From the NCBI GenBank assembly GCA_951406725.2, contig OX597824.1, positions 36,580,001-36,644,000 on the forward strand: a stretch of DNA of 64,000 nucleotides, in the 5' to 3' direction. The translations under genes were made by a program, and so were the position numbers. The stretch comes from Octopus vulgaris (Eukaryota). This document shows, piece after piece, positions 39,250 through 54,046 of this stretch. Position 1 is the stretch's first letter; the number at the start of each line of letters is the position of its first letter. The notes below the pieces were generated by a model, which searched no databases, was not told the DNA's origin, and saw only the letters and a program-made list of their open reading frames with translations.

Positions 39250-40070
39250 CTCTTGAGTAGAAAGAAAAAATACCACCACCACCACCATCACCAAACCACT
39301 AGCTTTGGCTTGAACAAAACGAAGTGGAACTCCTATTGAACTGAGTTGCAGCATCCAAAATTGGATTGAATTCTAAAGATGTGAATACTATCATTCAGCA
39401 CATCCTCAATTCAATCTGGACCACATGCAAAGCATCAGTATCTTTTAAGTACATTAGAAAAGTGCAATATGGGAGACTGTAGCTGCTCAATTTGCCAAGA
39501 AATACAAGACACTGAACGTAAATACAAATTATGTAGATAAAAGGATAATAGAAGGCACAACAGGGTATCCAAGCATATGAAGCAGTGACTAGAAAAAAAA
39601 AAGCACTTAAATTTGAATAGTGCATAGCAACCAACCTGGATAGCAAAGTGTTCTGGAGATACATGCATTCAAAACAGAGGCCTTATTCTCCAGTCAGTTC
39701 TCTCTCTCCACAATCCTCATACATGTTGGATTACTGATCATTCCAAAAAATATAACCAAATCACAGACGGTAGCTCATGACTTGATGTTATCAATCATGA
39801 CTTCATTCGGGTTTTTAATTCTGTACCTGTGACAAAGATTTCTGTAATGGCATGAAGACTTATCTTACTGAATTCTCATTCAAAAATAAATAGTTATTGT
39901 ACTAGGACAATATTCTGTACCTTATTCAATGGCATCTGGTGTCCTGCAGGGATCTGTTTTTGTTCCCCTGTTATTTGTTGCATTAACTAAAGAAACAGAT
40001 GCCAAATTGAAGTGTGTTACTGTGTTAAGATATGCAGATGGCATTAAACCTTACTTTGAAAGCAAAAGAA
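39250..40070 (+). mobile_element. decayed CR1/Jockey-type LINE RT fragment
   Basis: SGVLQGSVFVPLLF and LRYADGIK resemble GVPQGS and YADD; upstream SKVFWRY. Confidence 0.65.
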
Positions 40071-40099
40071 GAAATCCTATAAGATTTAGATCTTTCTTG

Positions 40100-40450
40100 G
40101 TGGGGACCAGTTAGAATTTTCTTCAGGTCAAGTAGCCCATCTCATTCAAAAGGTTCCTGAATAAGAGTTGTTTAAGGAATTTGAATGAAACACCCATGTT
40201 TCCAGAGATAAATCATTCATACCCCAAAGAATTCCTCTCAACGCATGCCTATGATGCTCCCCCACTACTTCTGCTCATGATCAAGATGTACATAACGTCA
40301 GCCACCAATGGACATACTTAACTGGCAAGCAAATCTGTGGTATTGAGCAGAATATTTGCTGTAACCCATCTTTTATACCAAGACAAAACAATGTACATGA
40401 TAACACTACCAATCAGTTAAGATCAGAAGCCATGAGTCAGTGCCTGATAG
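40100..40450 (-). mobile_element. unclassified SINE-like repeat
   Basis: Higher-GC block that I recall as an interspersed cephalopod repeat; single copy in this window. Confidence 0.35.
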
Positions 40451-40451
40451 T

Positions 40452-40722
40452 TATTATTATTATTTTATGTTTGACTTTTGCTTTACATTTGTACAAGTTG
40501 GCTCCAAGTCTCACCCAGAGACCTCAAGAGACAACAAGTTGGAAGTTCATGTTGGTGTTATGCCTAGGGTACCATATATTTGGTTTTGTACATAGTATTG
40601 TTCTAGAGAATGTTTAAGAAACCATAAGAAAATTGTTTGTTTTAAAACTTGAGATTACATTGAAAGTATTTTGTGTAGGATATGAGCAGTTCCCATGAGC
40701 ACAATCTTTTGAATTTCTGCCA
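40452..40722 (-). mobile_element. 5'-truncated R4/Dong-like LINE end in (TAA)n
   Basis: AEIQKIVLMGTAHILHKILSM* resembles the R4/Dong C-terminus; both ends abut (TTA)n. Confidence 0.7.
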
Positions 40723-41189
40723 TCATCATTATCATTATTATTATTACTATTATTATTATTATTATTATTATTATTATCCATGTACATGTGTGCTTGTACG
40801 GTAAAGTGTAAGGCTGAGTTTGAGGTAAGGTGAGAATAGAAGAATTAAAATATGGGGAAGAGGTAGGATGTGCTATCATGCAGAAGATGAACAATCACCA
40901 TGTTTTGCTACCCTGAAGCCCATATAAATCCCTAAATAAGGGAATGAAAAATATAAAATAAAAATATACATAATATAATCATCGGTTGATTAAGTGGTGT
41001 TGTTTATTAGGGAGACGTAGAGAAAGCAAAAATAGCCCTACTAACAGTCAGTAACTCATAAAGACTTCCATTTCACCACCCTCTTCTTCTCTCTGCCCTT
41101 CACTACATAAACATCTATATGCACCCACACATACATTCACACACATGTAAACATGTATGCATGTGTGTGAATGTATATATACATATATA

Positions 41190-41241
<52 letters not shown>

Positions 41242-41554
41242 ATATATGTACACACATGCCCATACACCAACACTTGTATCTAATTTTTTATAAGAGTACA
41301 CATTCATATTTGTATGTACATAGAAACATACAAACATGTACATGCATGTTTACCACACACACACACACACACACATACATGCAGACAATTACATGTACAC
41401 ACACACAGGCATATATATGCAATTCTAATCATATGCCCTGATTTAACCTACAAGCTATGCATGAAAGGGCAGCCAGCAAGATGAGAGTGAGCAATGAATT
41501 CAGTGATGAATTTATCATGCAAGCAGAACAATATCAGCGATCACTTCTGTTTAT

Positions 41555-42040
41555 TCATCATCATCATCATCATCGTTTAATGTCCGCTTTCCATGCTAGC
41601 ATGGGTTGGACGATTTTGACTGAGGGCTGGCGAACCAGATGGTTGCACCAGGCTCCAGTCTTGATCTGGCAGAGTTTCTACAGCTGGATGCCCTTTCTAA
41701 CACCAGCCACTCCGAGAGTGTAGTGGGTGCTTTTTATGTGCCACCGGCATGGGGGCCAGTCAGGCGGTACTAGCTATGACCTCACTCGAATCCTTTTACA
41801 CATGCCACCGACACAGGTGCCAGTAAGGTGACGTTGGTAACGATCACACTCGAATGGTGCCCTTTTACGTGCCACCAGCATGGAAGCCAGTTGGCTGCTC
41901 TGGCAATGATCATGCTCGGATGGTGCTCTTGGCATCCTACTAGCACGGGCATAAGTGCCAGTAAGGCGATGCTGGTAACGATCACACTCAAATGGTGCCT
42001 TTTATGTGCCACTGGCACGGAAGCCGGTTAGCAGCTCTGT
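41555..42040 (-). mobile_element. RTE 3' UTR fragment with five tandem subunits
   Basis: (CAT)n tail and GGATGCCCTTTCTAAC; repeated GGTGC(C/T)TTTTA(C/T)GTGCCAC units. Confidence 0.8.
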
Positions 42041-42362
42041 CAAAAAACCATAGTCTTTGTTAAGTTTACCTTGAAGTCTTCCATTTCTAGGTTTTGCTTC
42101 CTTCCATACCTGGACTTGGAATTTCCTATCTAATTTCATTATAGATTCAGATAAAATATCTAGATCATAAGCGTAAAGAAAATCCTACAGTTATCCAGAC
42201 TTAAACTCTTCTGTAATGGCCTATAGGACTATGATGTATAGAAGCAGGCTGATTACTGAGTCTTGATAGACCACTACATTTATACTAAATTCTTCTGTGA
42301 ATTCTTTGCTGATTATCACAGTAGTGTGAGTGTATGTGTGTGTGTGCGTGTGCATATATATA

Positions 42363-42580
42363 TTCTTTTTTTATTCTTTTTTACTTGTTTTCAATCATTT
42401 GACAGTGGCCATGCTGGAGCACCGCCTTTAGTCAAGCAAATTGATCCCAGAAATTATTCTTTGTAAGCCTAGTAGTTAATCAATCAGTCTCTTTTGCTGA
42501 ACTGCTAGGTTACAGGGACATAAACACACCAGCATCGGTTGTCAAGTGAGGTTGGGGTGATAATACAGACACACAAACAT

Positions 42581-42636
<56 letters not shown>

Positions 42637-42860
42637 ATGTATGTATGTATGTGTGTATGTATGTATGTATGTATGTATGTATGTATGTATGTATATACGA
42701 CAGGCTTCTTTCAGTTTCTGTCTACCAAATCTACTCACAAAGCTTTGGTCGGCCCAAGGCTATAGTAGAAGACAATTGCCCAAGGTGCCAAGCAATGGAA
42801 CTGAACCCAGAACCATGTGGCTGGTAAGCTAGCTATGTACCGCACAGCCACTCTTGTGCC
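42363..42860 (-). mobile_element. SINE family A
   Basis: Full-length match with an expanded internal microsatellite. Confidence 0.85.
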
Positions 42861-42879
42861 AATACATATACACATACAA

Positions 42880-42973
<94 letters not shown>

Positions 42974-43413
42974 ATATAAATCCTGTGATCACATATCATG
43001 TGACCAACTAGGCTATCAGATGTTGTTACACATCACTGGTTACAATGCATTTTTGCATTATTTTAACCTTCAAATGACACCATCCTGCTGGTTAGGCAAG
43101 CAGACCACATACATATACATACATTCATACACACACACACACACACACACTCACACACATACATATATCTATCTTAGCTGCTTTTTCATATATGAAAAAG
43201 CAGCTAAGAAAGAATCACTGAAATGAGTCATTGCTGATGCAATTTGAGGCCCTTGTATGATTCATGAGCCCACAGAATGCTTAGTACATTCTATTACATA
43301 ATGCACAGCTGTGCTGGCTGGCAGAAGGAACAGGTGCCACAATATGAACTCTTTTGACATACCTTTTCAATCCTCCAACATACAAACATATACATATACA
43401 TAGACATATACAT

Positions 43414-43482
<69 letters not shown>

Positions 43483-43540
43483 TACATACATACATACATA
43501 CATACATACATACATACATACATACATACATACATACATA

Positions 43541-44783
43541 CAAGTTTGCATACATGAGGCTGATAACATCATAAGCCTTGGAAGGCAAGCCCTTGAGCAA
43601 CACTCTATGTCTGATAACCTAGAATACATGCCCAAAGAAGTTGCACGATTCTACTGCAACACATCATCAGATGAAAGGATGAGACTATATGAGCAGAAGA
43701 CTATGCTTGGGATATGTTAGAAGAAAGCTCTGTAATGATAGTAACATTGATCGATCATCAAAGCAGTTTTTCATGGACAAATAGCCAGATTACTATCTGC
43801 CACTTTGAAGGGTATGCATTTTCAGTTCAGGAACAGGAAATATCAGCCGAGTGCCTGATGCACAAAAGGGATAGAGATGCAGGTAAAGCCATAAAGTGCA
43901 ACAACTGATGCAGACTTTGTGGAGTTCACACTGAAGATATCACCCACATCATAAGCAGTTGTCCGAAAATGTCATCATGGTATTACCTACCAATGAGACA
44001 TGACGTTGTAGCTAAGACACTCTATAATGAAATCCATTAGTAGGCAAATCCCCAGGACAAAGAAATAAGAACCCACAATATGGTAGAAGCCATAGCCACT
44101 CACAATAAAAAGGATTACAGGTGGAATGTACCAGTGAAGACCTCCATAAAATGTAAGAACAACAGACCTGATATAATGATTTGGGATAGAGAAGAGAAAT
44201 TGTGTACAGTTATGGAAATTAGCTGAAGATCAGTGCAAAAGAGAACACCTATGCTGAACTATTGAAAAATCTGCAATTATGCTATCCAAATTACAAGTTC
44301 ATGTTTATACCTGTAATTATTAGGACCCTGGGATATGTAACACACTGCCTAAATACTAATCTTGAGATGTTAGGCTTCTCAAAACCAGAAAGGAGAAAGC
44401 TAATTTGAAGACTACAGATCCAATCTATCACTGGAACTGTAAAAATCTGTAAAACTTTCTAGAAGTTTATCATTTAAATACATGTGAGCATGTCTAGATA
44501 TGCAACTATATGCATGAGAATACTTACATAAAACATACAAATCTGCACATACATACATACATACATACATACATACAAACAAACATACATACATACGAAC
44601 ATACATACATACATACATACATACATACATGCATACATACATAAAGACATACATACATACATACATACATACATTCATTCATACATACATATATACAAAA
44701 ATGCCCTGTTGTTGAAGCTGAAATTCCAATGACAGAGCCATTTCTTTCTCAATTGGCAAGAAATCTTGAAATAAACTGAATGA

Positions 44784-44785
<2 letters not shown>
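43541..44785 (+). mobile_element. 5'-truncated R4/Dong-clade non-LTR retrotransposon (CCHC plus restriction-like endonuclease), pseudogene
   Basis: HFEGYAFSVQEQEI, CRLCGVHTEDITHIISSC (43909-43962), RHDVVAK, NRPDIMIWDR (44161), LQIQSITGTVKICKTF. 3' UTR with internal (CATA)n and AATAAA. Confidence 0.88.
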
Positions 44786-44824
<39 letters not shown>

Positions 44825-45034
44825 GTGGTTGTCTATTCCTTATGCAGAGTTTGACCACCTCCTGCACCTACACCTTAGAACCATCAATGCATCTGATGTG
44901 GCTTTTTAAACCTGACAATGTTTTGAAAAGACACCCACATAGATTGCATATCGAATTTGAACCACCAAGAGGTGCAGATAAATTCTAATCTTTGTGAATC
45001 TTAAAATGTCTTTTGAGGCCTCCAAAATTTGTAA

Positions 45035-45077
<43 letters not shown>

Positions 45078-45307
45078 GTATGTGTGCTGGTACCACATAA
45101 AAAGCACTCAGTCCACTCTGCAGAGTGGTTGGTGTTAGGAAGGGCATCATCCAGCCATAAAAACCATGCCAAAACAAACAGTGAAGGTTTGGTGATGCAA
45201 ACATGGAAAAAGAATTCAAAACATGAATATCTTTAACTTTAACTTGTTTCAGTTAATACACTGTGGTCATGCTGGGGCATCACCTTGGTAGTATATGTTT
45301 GTTTTTT

Positions 45308-45677
45308 TTAATCAGTAATCACCAGAAATTGCTAAGAGAGTCAATGGCTGAGAGTTTCATGTGTTGGCACTCATCAAACTCCCCTCAGATCAATGGGGCA
45401 TACATCTATGTATACGTGTGATAATGGTATTTCCCTGGGTTGTTTCTGAACAAATTATAAAAGCAATTACAATGACAAGTGGATAAGGTATATTTTTCAA
45501 ATGGTTTGCACATTTTACCATTCAATGAATATATAAACAATTAAACAAATTTTAAGAAGGAATTTCACAAAAGAATATATAAATAAAAATAGTCTTCTTT
45601 ATATGATCTTTTATTAAATTCCCTCTTTAACTGAAATGTCTTAGACTTAATTCTGTACTATTTCCACCTCCATCTTT

Positions 45678-45722
<45 letters not shown>

Positions 45723-46662
45723 GGGTATGTCTACATGCATATATTCAAATAAATTTGTGCACTTATGTATGTATACTCTTAACTTTATGTGTTTTATATT
45801 TATATACATAGGTGCGGGCGTGGCTGCATATTAAGAAGTTTGCTTCCCAACCACATGATTCCAGGTTCAGTCCCACTGTGTGGCACCTTGAACAAGTGTC
45901 TTCTACTATAGCCTCATGTCAACCAAAGCCTTGTGAATAGATTTGGTAGATGGAAACTGAAAGAAGCCCATCATATATGCGTGCGTGTGTGTGGGGGGGT
46001 TTACATCTATGTATATCTTTGTGTCTTTCTGTCTGTGTTTGTCCCCCCTTCCCACAAATTGACAACCGGTGCTGGTGTGTTTGCATCCCTGTAACTTAGC
46101 AGTCTGGCAAAAAGAGACCAATAGAATAAGTACCATGGTTAAATTAGAAGTACTTGGGTTGATTGACTCAACTGAAAAAAAACATTCAAAGCAGTACCCC
46201 AGCATGGCCACAGTCCAATGACTGAAACAAGTAATAGATAATATGTGAGTGTGTGTGTGTGTGTGGGTGGGTGTGTGTGTATGTCTGTGTGTGTGAATCT
46301 ATGAACATGCATGAATATGGATATGAATAAATGTATGTGCATATATTCATGAACATACTGTATTTAAATTCACACATTCTCATTCATGTCCGCATATATA
46401 TGTAAGCATATATATCTTTGAATTTTCTTTTATTTGTTTAATTTATTGAACAGCATAAACAGGCAAATAATTTGAAAAATATGCATTATCCACATGACAT
46501 TGTAATTATTTTTATAATTTGTTCCAGAATGATCCAGGGAAATACTGTAATCACCAGTATATTAATGGAAACCCATTTGATTTGTGGCTAGTTTGATAAG
46601 TGCCAAAAAGCACAAAACCGTCAGCCCTTGGATCTCTCTGTAAATTCCGCTGATTATTAAAA
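45308..46662. mobile_element. family D inverted pair (~230-bp arms) with hammerhead-like motifs at 45346-45380 (minus) and 46586-46627 (plus)
   Basis: Arms 45308-45545 and 46430-46662 are reverse complements. Motifs TTGATGA GTG-CCAA-CACAT GAAA CTC TC AGCC and TTGATAA GTGC-CAAAAA-GCAC AAAA CC GTC AGCC. Confidence 0.6.
45811..46238 (+). mobile_element. SINE family A
   Basis: Full-length match. Confidence 0.85.
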
Positions 46663-46757
46663 CATACATCCATACATGGAATAGAAATACATACATAAAG
46701 ACACACATTCATATATACATTGTACATGAGGCAGTGGTTAGAAATAAACTATACAGT

Positions 46758-46794
<37 letters not shown>

Positions 46795-46858
46795 CATGCA
46801 TGTATCTATATACATACACATAACATATATGTATGTGTGTGTATATATATATATATAT

Positions 46859-46943
<85 letters not shown>

Positions 46944-46969
46944 TAGATAGATAGATATGTTGAAAGAAA

Positions 46970-47172
46970 GTGTATAGGGTCCACAGAAGATTTTGAGGTT
47001 AAAATTCATGAGCAATCAATTACTTGTACCTCTACAATACACAAAATATTCTAATTTTTTTTAATACATCTCCTAATAATATTTAATTATAAAAATATAT
47101 GGGGCTTTTTTAAACATCAATAGGAATCAAAGGGGTCTACAAGCAAAAAAAAAAACTGATTGAGAAGCACTG
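46970..47172 (+). mobile_element. partial hAT MITE related to 251-1174
   Basis: Ends AATCAAAGGGGTCTAC..AAAA..GATTGAGAAGCACTG, like the 1130-1174 end. Confidence 0.5.
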
Positions 47173-48059
47173 CTCCAAATATTCAAAGTGATTGTAACCT
47201 TGAATAAAGTTATGTAACATCGTCTTCAGTTTTTTTAATCTCATTGCTTTGTGTGTGTGTGCGTGTGTGTGTAGAACACATATAGTCATTCATTTTCTGG
47301 AACTGCATGTCAGGATACCAGAAAAAGCAGCCCAAATTCCTACAAAGCATAATGGAAATCAATTGAAAACAGATTCATAAGACAAACTGTCCCCAAACCC
47401 ACTCTATGCAAGACTATGGCATAAACCTGAAGCAGTTTATATCAATAATATATGCTGTATTTATTAGACACATGCCAGTGAGTTATGCTGACGTGGCATT
47501 TACAAAAATATCTCAAGAGACAGGAAAACACTCAGGAGATGAAGAAGAAAGTCATAGAATTAGTTCACTGACCACCATGAAATTTCAAAGATATAGGAAC
47601 CAGTTTCATAGTTGCTCATAGACAATGAAAATAAAATAAGATACTTCCATGTAAAAAGGAGAAAGCAGTAAATGAAATGTTAACCATAGAAAACATAGCA
47701 GCCCAAATATAAAATTGTCTCTGGATTGGCTGAACAAATTAAGGACAAAGAAACAAGCTTTCACATATAAACTGATTAACAAATTATTTTCTTCTAAGGG
47801 ATTCCCCACATTGGTTCTGCTAATGTGTAAGTTACTATACAGAGTTACTAGCAGTAAAATGTAGAGGTGATGATATAAATGGGCTTTGTAAAGGCTTTCA
47901 TAAAGCTGATAGTGAATAATAAGTCATCACAATTTGTGTGATCTTGGGTGGAGAACTAGAGCAGAGTGGCCTGAAAGCTAAGACCAAGGCCTCGATCCAG
48001 ATAGCAAAACGCAGACAACTGTTTTAGTGTCATGACAATTTCAATTGCTTTCTCAGAGA

Positions 48060-48548
48060 ATTTCTGGTTAATGGAACAGCTAGCCCAAATAATTGGGTAA
48101 ATCAGTTATATCGACACTAATGATCAACTGGTACTTTTGACCCCAGTACTCAACTGGTACTTATTTTATTAATCCTGAAAGAATAAAAGGTAAAGTCGAC
48201 CCCAGCAGAACATGAACACAAAATATACAGACAGACGGACTGCCACTAAGCATTTTGTCTGGCATTTTAAGGATTCTGCCAGCTTGTTATATTGATGAAT
48301 GTAAGAAGTTATACCAATAATACTAATATATTGGTTTCAAATTTTGGCACAAGGCCAGAAAGTTTAGGGGAGGGGGCAAGTTAATTACATTGACCTCAGT
48401 ACTCAACTTGTACTTATTTTATTGACCCCCGAAGGGACGAAAGGCAAAGGAGACCTTGGCGACATTTGAGTTTGGATTGTAAAGACAGACAGAATATTGC
48501 TAAGCATTTTGCCCAGCATGCTAACAATTCTGCCAGTTCATCGCCTTA
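48060..48548 (-). mobile_element. two tandem SINE B copies
   Basis: Family B cores at ~48140-48290 and ~48330-48548. Confidence 0.75.
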
Positions 48549-48952
48549 TCTAATGATACTAACATATTAAAGTCAATCGTGTTTCCCAAGGAGACAAACC
48601 CAAGCAAGAACTACCACTGACATACACAAGGTTACTGAAGAAAAATTAGCCTTCACTTCAAGTATAAAATATATAGCTAGAGTAGAGTGAACATACTGAA
48701 GCAGCAGCAGCAGGACATTGTACTATGTAAGATTCCAGATAAAGCTTTACTGTGTAAGAATCCCAAATAAAATCGTATTTAAGAACAGTAGCATGAATCT
48801 TCCCTAGCCACAAAATACAAAGCATCAGGTTGCAATACTAGAACAGAAGATGACACCACAGCATGGCCAGAACTGAAAGACTGATCCCATCATTTATCTA
48901 TTGACCTATTATCAATACATTACTTAAATATATATGTGTGTGTGTATGTATG

Positions 48953-49002
<50 letters not shown>

Positions 49003-49007
<5 letters not shown>

Positions 49008-49213
49008 CTTTATTGCCCACAAGGGGCTAAACATAGAGGGGACAAACAGAGACAGACAAAGGGATTAAGTCAACTACGTCGACCCCAGTGCGTAACTGGT
49101 ACTTTATTTATCGACCCCGAAAGGATGAAAGGCAAAGTCGACCTCGGCGGAATTTGAACTCAGAACATAGTGACAGACAGACAAAATACTGCTGATCATT
49201 TTGCCCAGCATGC

Positions 49214-49265
<52 letters not shown>

Positions 49266-49651
49266 CGTGTATGAGTGAGTATAAAAGTATATCTTTACAT
49301 AACAATTCAATTTTAGCATTAACCTTGAAACTATTGTAGTATTATGTAATAAAACATGTTGCTCAATGTATTGTGTTTTGTTAACATAACTTTGTATGTG
49401 TGTTTATGTGCAACTATGTGTGTGTTTATGTGTGTATTTGCTTCAAATTTTGGTACAAGGCCAGCAATTTTCGGGGAGGGGGTAAGTTAATTACCTTGAC
49501 CCCAGTGCTCAACTGGTACTTATTTTATTGACCGCCAAATGATGAAAAGTTAAGTCAACCTTGGCAAAATTTGAACTTGGAACATAAAGGCAGATGAAAT
49601 GCACAAAGCATTTTGCCTGGCATGCTAATGATTCTGCCAGCTCACCACCTT
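49003..49651 (-). mobile_element. two SINE B copies (49003-49216, 49440-49651)
   Basis: Reverse-complement family B cores with the two alternative tails. Confidence 0.8.
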
Positions 49652-50564
49652 ACATGCACACACATATACTACACACACACATATACACACACACACACAT
49701 ATATATATATATAGAGAGAGAAAGAGAGATATAGATATATATATAAATATTACACACACACAAATGCATACATATTTAACTTGAATACCGAATATAGAGT
49801 AAAATAGTATTTTATAGAAAGTTAACATGACAAGACTTCACAAAATATTACTGACTGTCATCTCCTCTTCCCTAGATTCTTCACCCCCTCATACCCAACC
49901 CAACCCAATTTCTACAGTTGTCACCTACTCTTCCCTATTTCCTAACTTTCCGACTTATTATTCATTTACTCTTCATAATATTCACCTTCTCACACATTCC
50001 CCATCTCTAACTATCCCTCACTCTCTCCTATATACTATTGCAACCTCTGCCTGTCCAAATTTTCTGTTACCTTGTCCTCACTCACTTCTACTTCCCTTAT
50101 ATCTTGAGGGTCCACCCTGAAACTTCAGCATCACTATTTTTAACTCTCTCAATACTTCTACCCCAACCACTCCTACCCTCTCTGAGTATCTGTGGAGCTT
50201 CTTAATAGCAAGAAACCTATTCTGTTCTGGCCCCTTCACTCATACTTTAACCCCTCATGCCCTAGTATAAAGAGGCCCTCTCTTTACTGTAATTCTACTC
50301 AGCCAAATGGGATCTTAGTTTTATAATTTACATGGTAATCTCACTAATGCTGGTACCATAAAAAAAAATTAAATACTCAGTTACACTCAGTGAAGTAGTT
50401 GGCATTAGGAAGGGCATCTAGCCTTAGAAACTATGCCAAAACAGACAATGGAACCTGGTGCAGTCTTTAGACTCAATACATACTGTAAACCATTCAACCT
50501 AAGCCAACATGGCTATTAAAAGATAATGATGTGCACTAAAACATACAAACATACATGCACACAT

Positions 50565-50601
<37 letters not shown>

Positions 50602-50710
50602 TGCATTCAATACATATTACTTATTTAAGTTATTTTCAATGTATCTGCTTAGGAATGTGTGAGTGTGTGTTGAATATAGCATATAAAATATATAATACAC
50701 ACTATATACA

Positions 50711-50751
<41 letters not shown>

Positions 50752-51090
50752 TCACACACACATTTATGTAAGAGCATATCAATCTATGTGTACCTATGTG
50801 TGTGTGTTTATGCATGTGTGTGTGTGTTTATGAGAAAGAGAGAGAGAGAGAGTGTGTGTGTGTGTGTGTGTACAAGCATGTCTATGTGTTAAGTAGTTTT
50901 TGCAGCCACGTGGCTCTAAGTTTGGTCTCACTTGAAGACATCTTCATAAGTGTCCTTTATTATAGCTTCTTGTTGACACACTCCGTGTCACTGGAATTTT
51001 CTAGATGTCTCTATGTGTGTTTCTGTATGGTGTACATATATATATATAAATAACTAAATATGTTTATAGCGCGGAAAACGGACGTTAAAC

Positions 51091-51123
<33 letters not shown>

Positions 51124-51390
51124 ATATATATATATATATATATATATAAATTCTGATATGAAAACGTTGTTGACAACATGTTTGTATATTAATAAATTTG
51201 TGCTCTGCAAAAGTGTGAACATAGAAACAAACATTAATATATATATATATATATACATATACACACACATATATATATATATATACATATACACACACAT
51301 GTTTTCTTTTGAGATATATAAATGTTCAGTTGGAGTTCTAAATCCTAGTTATGCACCAAGCAATTTTAAATTGTATTGTATAAGTTCATA

Positions 51391-51430
<40 letters not shown>

Positions 51431-51528
51431 GACACACATAACACTTACACATATATATATGTTTCTCTGTGTCCATAGACAAACATGTATCTATGTATTT
51501 ATACTAACAAGCATGTTTTTCTCCTGTT

Positions 51529-51559
<31 letters not shown>

Positions 51560-51807
51560 TGCATGCATAGACGGGCATCGATATATAGTATTTAAAAATC
51601 ATACTAGTGAAGTATAAAGCACTTCGACAGGTTTGTAGCTGGAGGAATCTACTAGTGACAACCGATCTTCATAAACATTATATAAGAAGTCTTCCTGGAA
51701 AGTCTACAATTAAATTTTAAAACCCCATGAAAACCCACACCACAAAATATAAACTGATGTTATTTGCCTGGACTCATTAAAAAACCCATATATAAATATA
51801 CACACAA

Positions 51808-51848
<41 letters not shown>

Positions 51849-52455
51849 CATACATACATACATACATACATACATACATACATACATACATACATACATA
51901 CATGTATATGAATAAACAAAAGCTAAATATATGAAATAACACTTGCGATACACAAATACACAAACACACATAAACACATATATGTACATATTATAGAGCA
52001 TGCACATACACACACACACACCTATACTGGTTTGATACAAATAATCAATTTGTATGAAACTGGGAAAGGCAAAGATGTCAAATAATCCTGGCATACAAAA
52101 ACAGTTTTCAGACAGTCACAATGTTTGCGTGTGTATGTGTGTGTGTGTGTGCATGCGTGTGCACTTGTATGTATATGAGTAACTGTCCTTCTTGTTATGC
52201 ATGTGTGTTTACTAACAGATATTTTTCATGTTACACAATACACACACACATACACACACATATGTGTGTGTGTATTTATATATATATAGACAAACACTTA
52301 TATATAAATATATATATATATTAAAAATAAGCAACACGTATATCCAAGGTATTTTGATTATAATCACCCCATTTGATTTATATGGATAATACCATACTAA
52401 ATTCTGGTGCCTTTGACTTAAGTACCATATTCACCTGAATCTAAATTTTGCTAAA

Positions 52456-52498
<43 letters not shown>

Positions 52499-52548
52499 TC
52501 ATCATCATCCTCATCGTTTAACGTCCATTTTCCACGCTAGCACGGGTT

Positions 52549-52747
<199 letters not shown>

Positions 52748-52860
52748 ACTTCCTTTTAATAATGCATACATATTTACACACACACTCAAAGAAATATACA
52801 ACCATCACACACATGACCATACACATACACACACACACACATACACACACACACACGTAC

Positions 52861-52913
52861 AAGCTACCAGTCGACAGTCACTGGAGAAGGAACTGTCCAT
52901 GTTTAAGAAGAAC
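52861..52913 (-). CDS. putative small internal exon of an unidentified host gene ((R)[17 protein letters not shown])
   Basis: Strong polypyrimidine tract TTCTTTTTCTTCCTTTCTCTAACAG and two acceptors (exon start 52923 or 52913). Donor CTT/GTACGT at 52860; AAACATGG Kozak at 52900. A unique island between microsatellites. Confidence 0.5.
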
Positions 52914-53499
52914 CTGTTTGTAACTGTTAGAGAAAGGAAGAAAAAGAATAAATAAATAAATAAAGCATGAAAAATATACACAAAAGAATGTAAAAGAAGG
53001 TTAGTTAATAGTACGAATATCTCAACCAAGATTGTGAAGTTCCAACTAAAAATGTGGTACAGAACATTTATGCCATTGATCGATGGACAAAACTCCTTTA
53101 TAATGTTGGAAAAGCTGACTTGTTTTTATGTAACTATTTTTCTTTGACTCTCAATATTCAATTTCTACCCTGGAACAGTTTTCCCAAATTCTACATTTTT
53201 CAAAGAATTCCTCACTAAATTTTTGTTGTTCATTTTTTTCTTTTTTTCATTCTTTGATAGAAACCCTCCCGTCATAATTAGAAATAAGTGTCATTTTTTT
53301 TTAAACATTCAAATGACAAATAGATGCTTCACTACTGCGTAGTGAACATGAGGTAGAGACATGGCTGTGAGACTGTTAATAAGCTCCAATTTATTTCTAT
53401 TACAATTAAAAAAAAAATGATTTATAAGTGTGGTGGGGGGGATCACTATAATACATAGATATACAGAGATAAAAGGAGAGAGGAGGAGAGAGAGGAAGA

Positions 53500-53581
53500 A
53501 AGAGATAGATAGATAGTGAGAGAGAGAGAGAGACAGAGAGAGAGAAAGAGAAATATAGATACAAATAGATAGACATGTAGG

Positions 53582-53653
<72 letters not shown>

Positions 53654-53790
53654 CAGATAGATAGATAGATAGACAGACAGATAAATAGATAGATAGATAT
53701 GTACATACATACAAACATACATACATACATAGACACTTAGACACAGATAGAAACAGAAAGTAATAACAACAGATAGAGAGAGAAAGAATA

Positions 53791-53825
<35 letters not shown>

Positions 53826-53853
53826 TAAGGGAGCAAGAGAGAAAGAAAAAGGA

Positions 53854-53888
<35 letters not shown>

Positions 53889-53890
53889 AA
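53500..53890. repeat. (GATA)n/(GA)n/(GACA)n compound microsatellite
   Basis: Visible repeats. Similar arrays lie at 20290-20405, 46860-46957, 54620-54860 and 57030-57165. Confidence 0.9.
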
Positions 53891-53997
53891 CAAAGATTTA
53901 AGATAATTTAAATTATATAGTTTAGCTGCCTTTCCAAATATAAAATAAAGCAGGGATGTTCACTAAAACACAAACTGCTACAAGTGTTATATTTTTA

Positions 53998-54046
<49 letters not shown>

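Noticed and set aside
43355-43380. Strong minus-strand donor AAG/GTATGT
   Set aside because: No acceptor or open exon upstream; it runs into microsatellite and a LINE.
45308-46662. Mutator/Foldback long-TIR DNA transposon interpretation
   Set aside because: No TSD or transposase; variable arm length and hammerhead-like motifs favour inverted retro-insertions. Not fully excluded.
51620-51705. Another possible minus-strand hammerhead remnant
   Set aside because: Both core boxes are too degenerate to count.
53309-53893. 194-aa ORF and the many YIYI/THTH/SIYL/poly-D, -S, -H ORFs
   Set aside because: Translations of microsatellites that lack stop codons.
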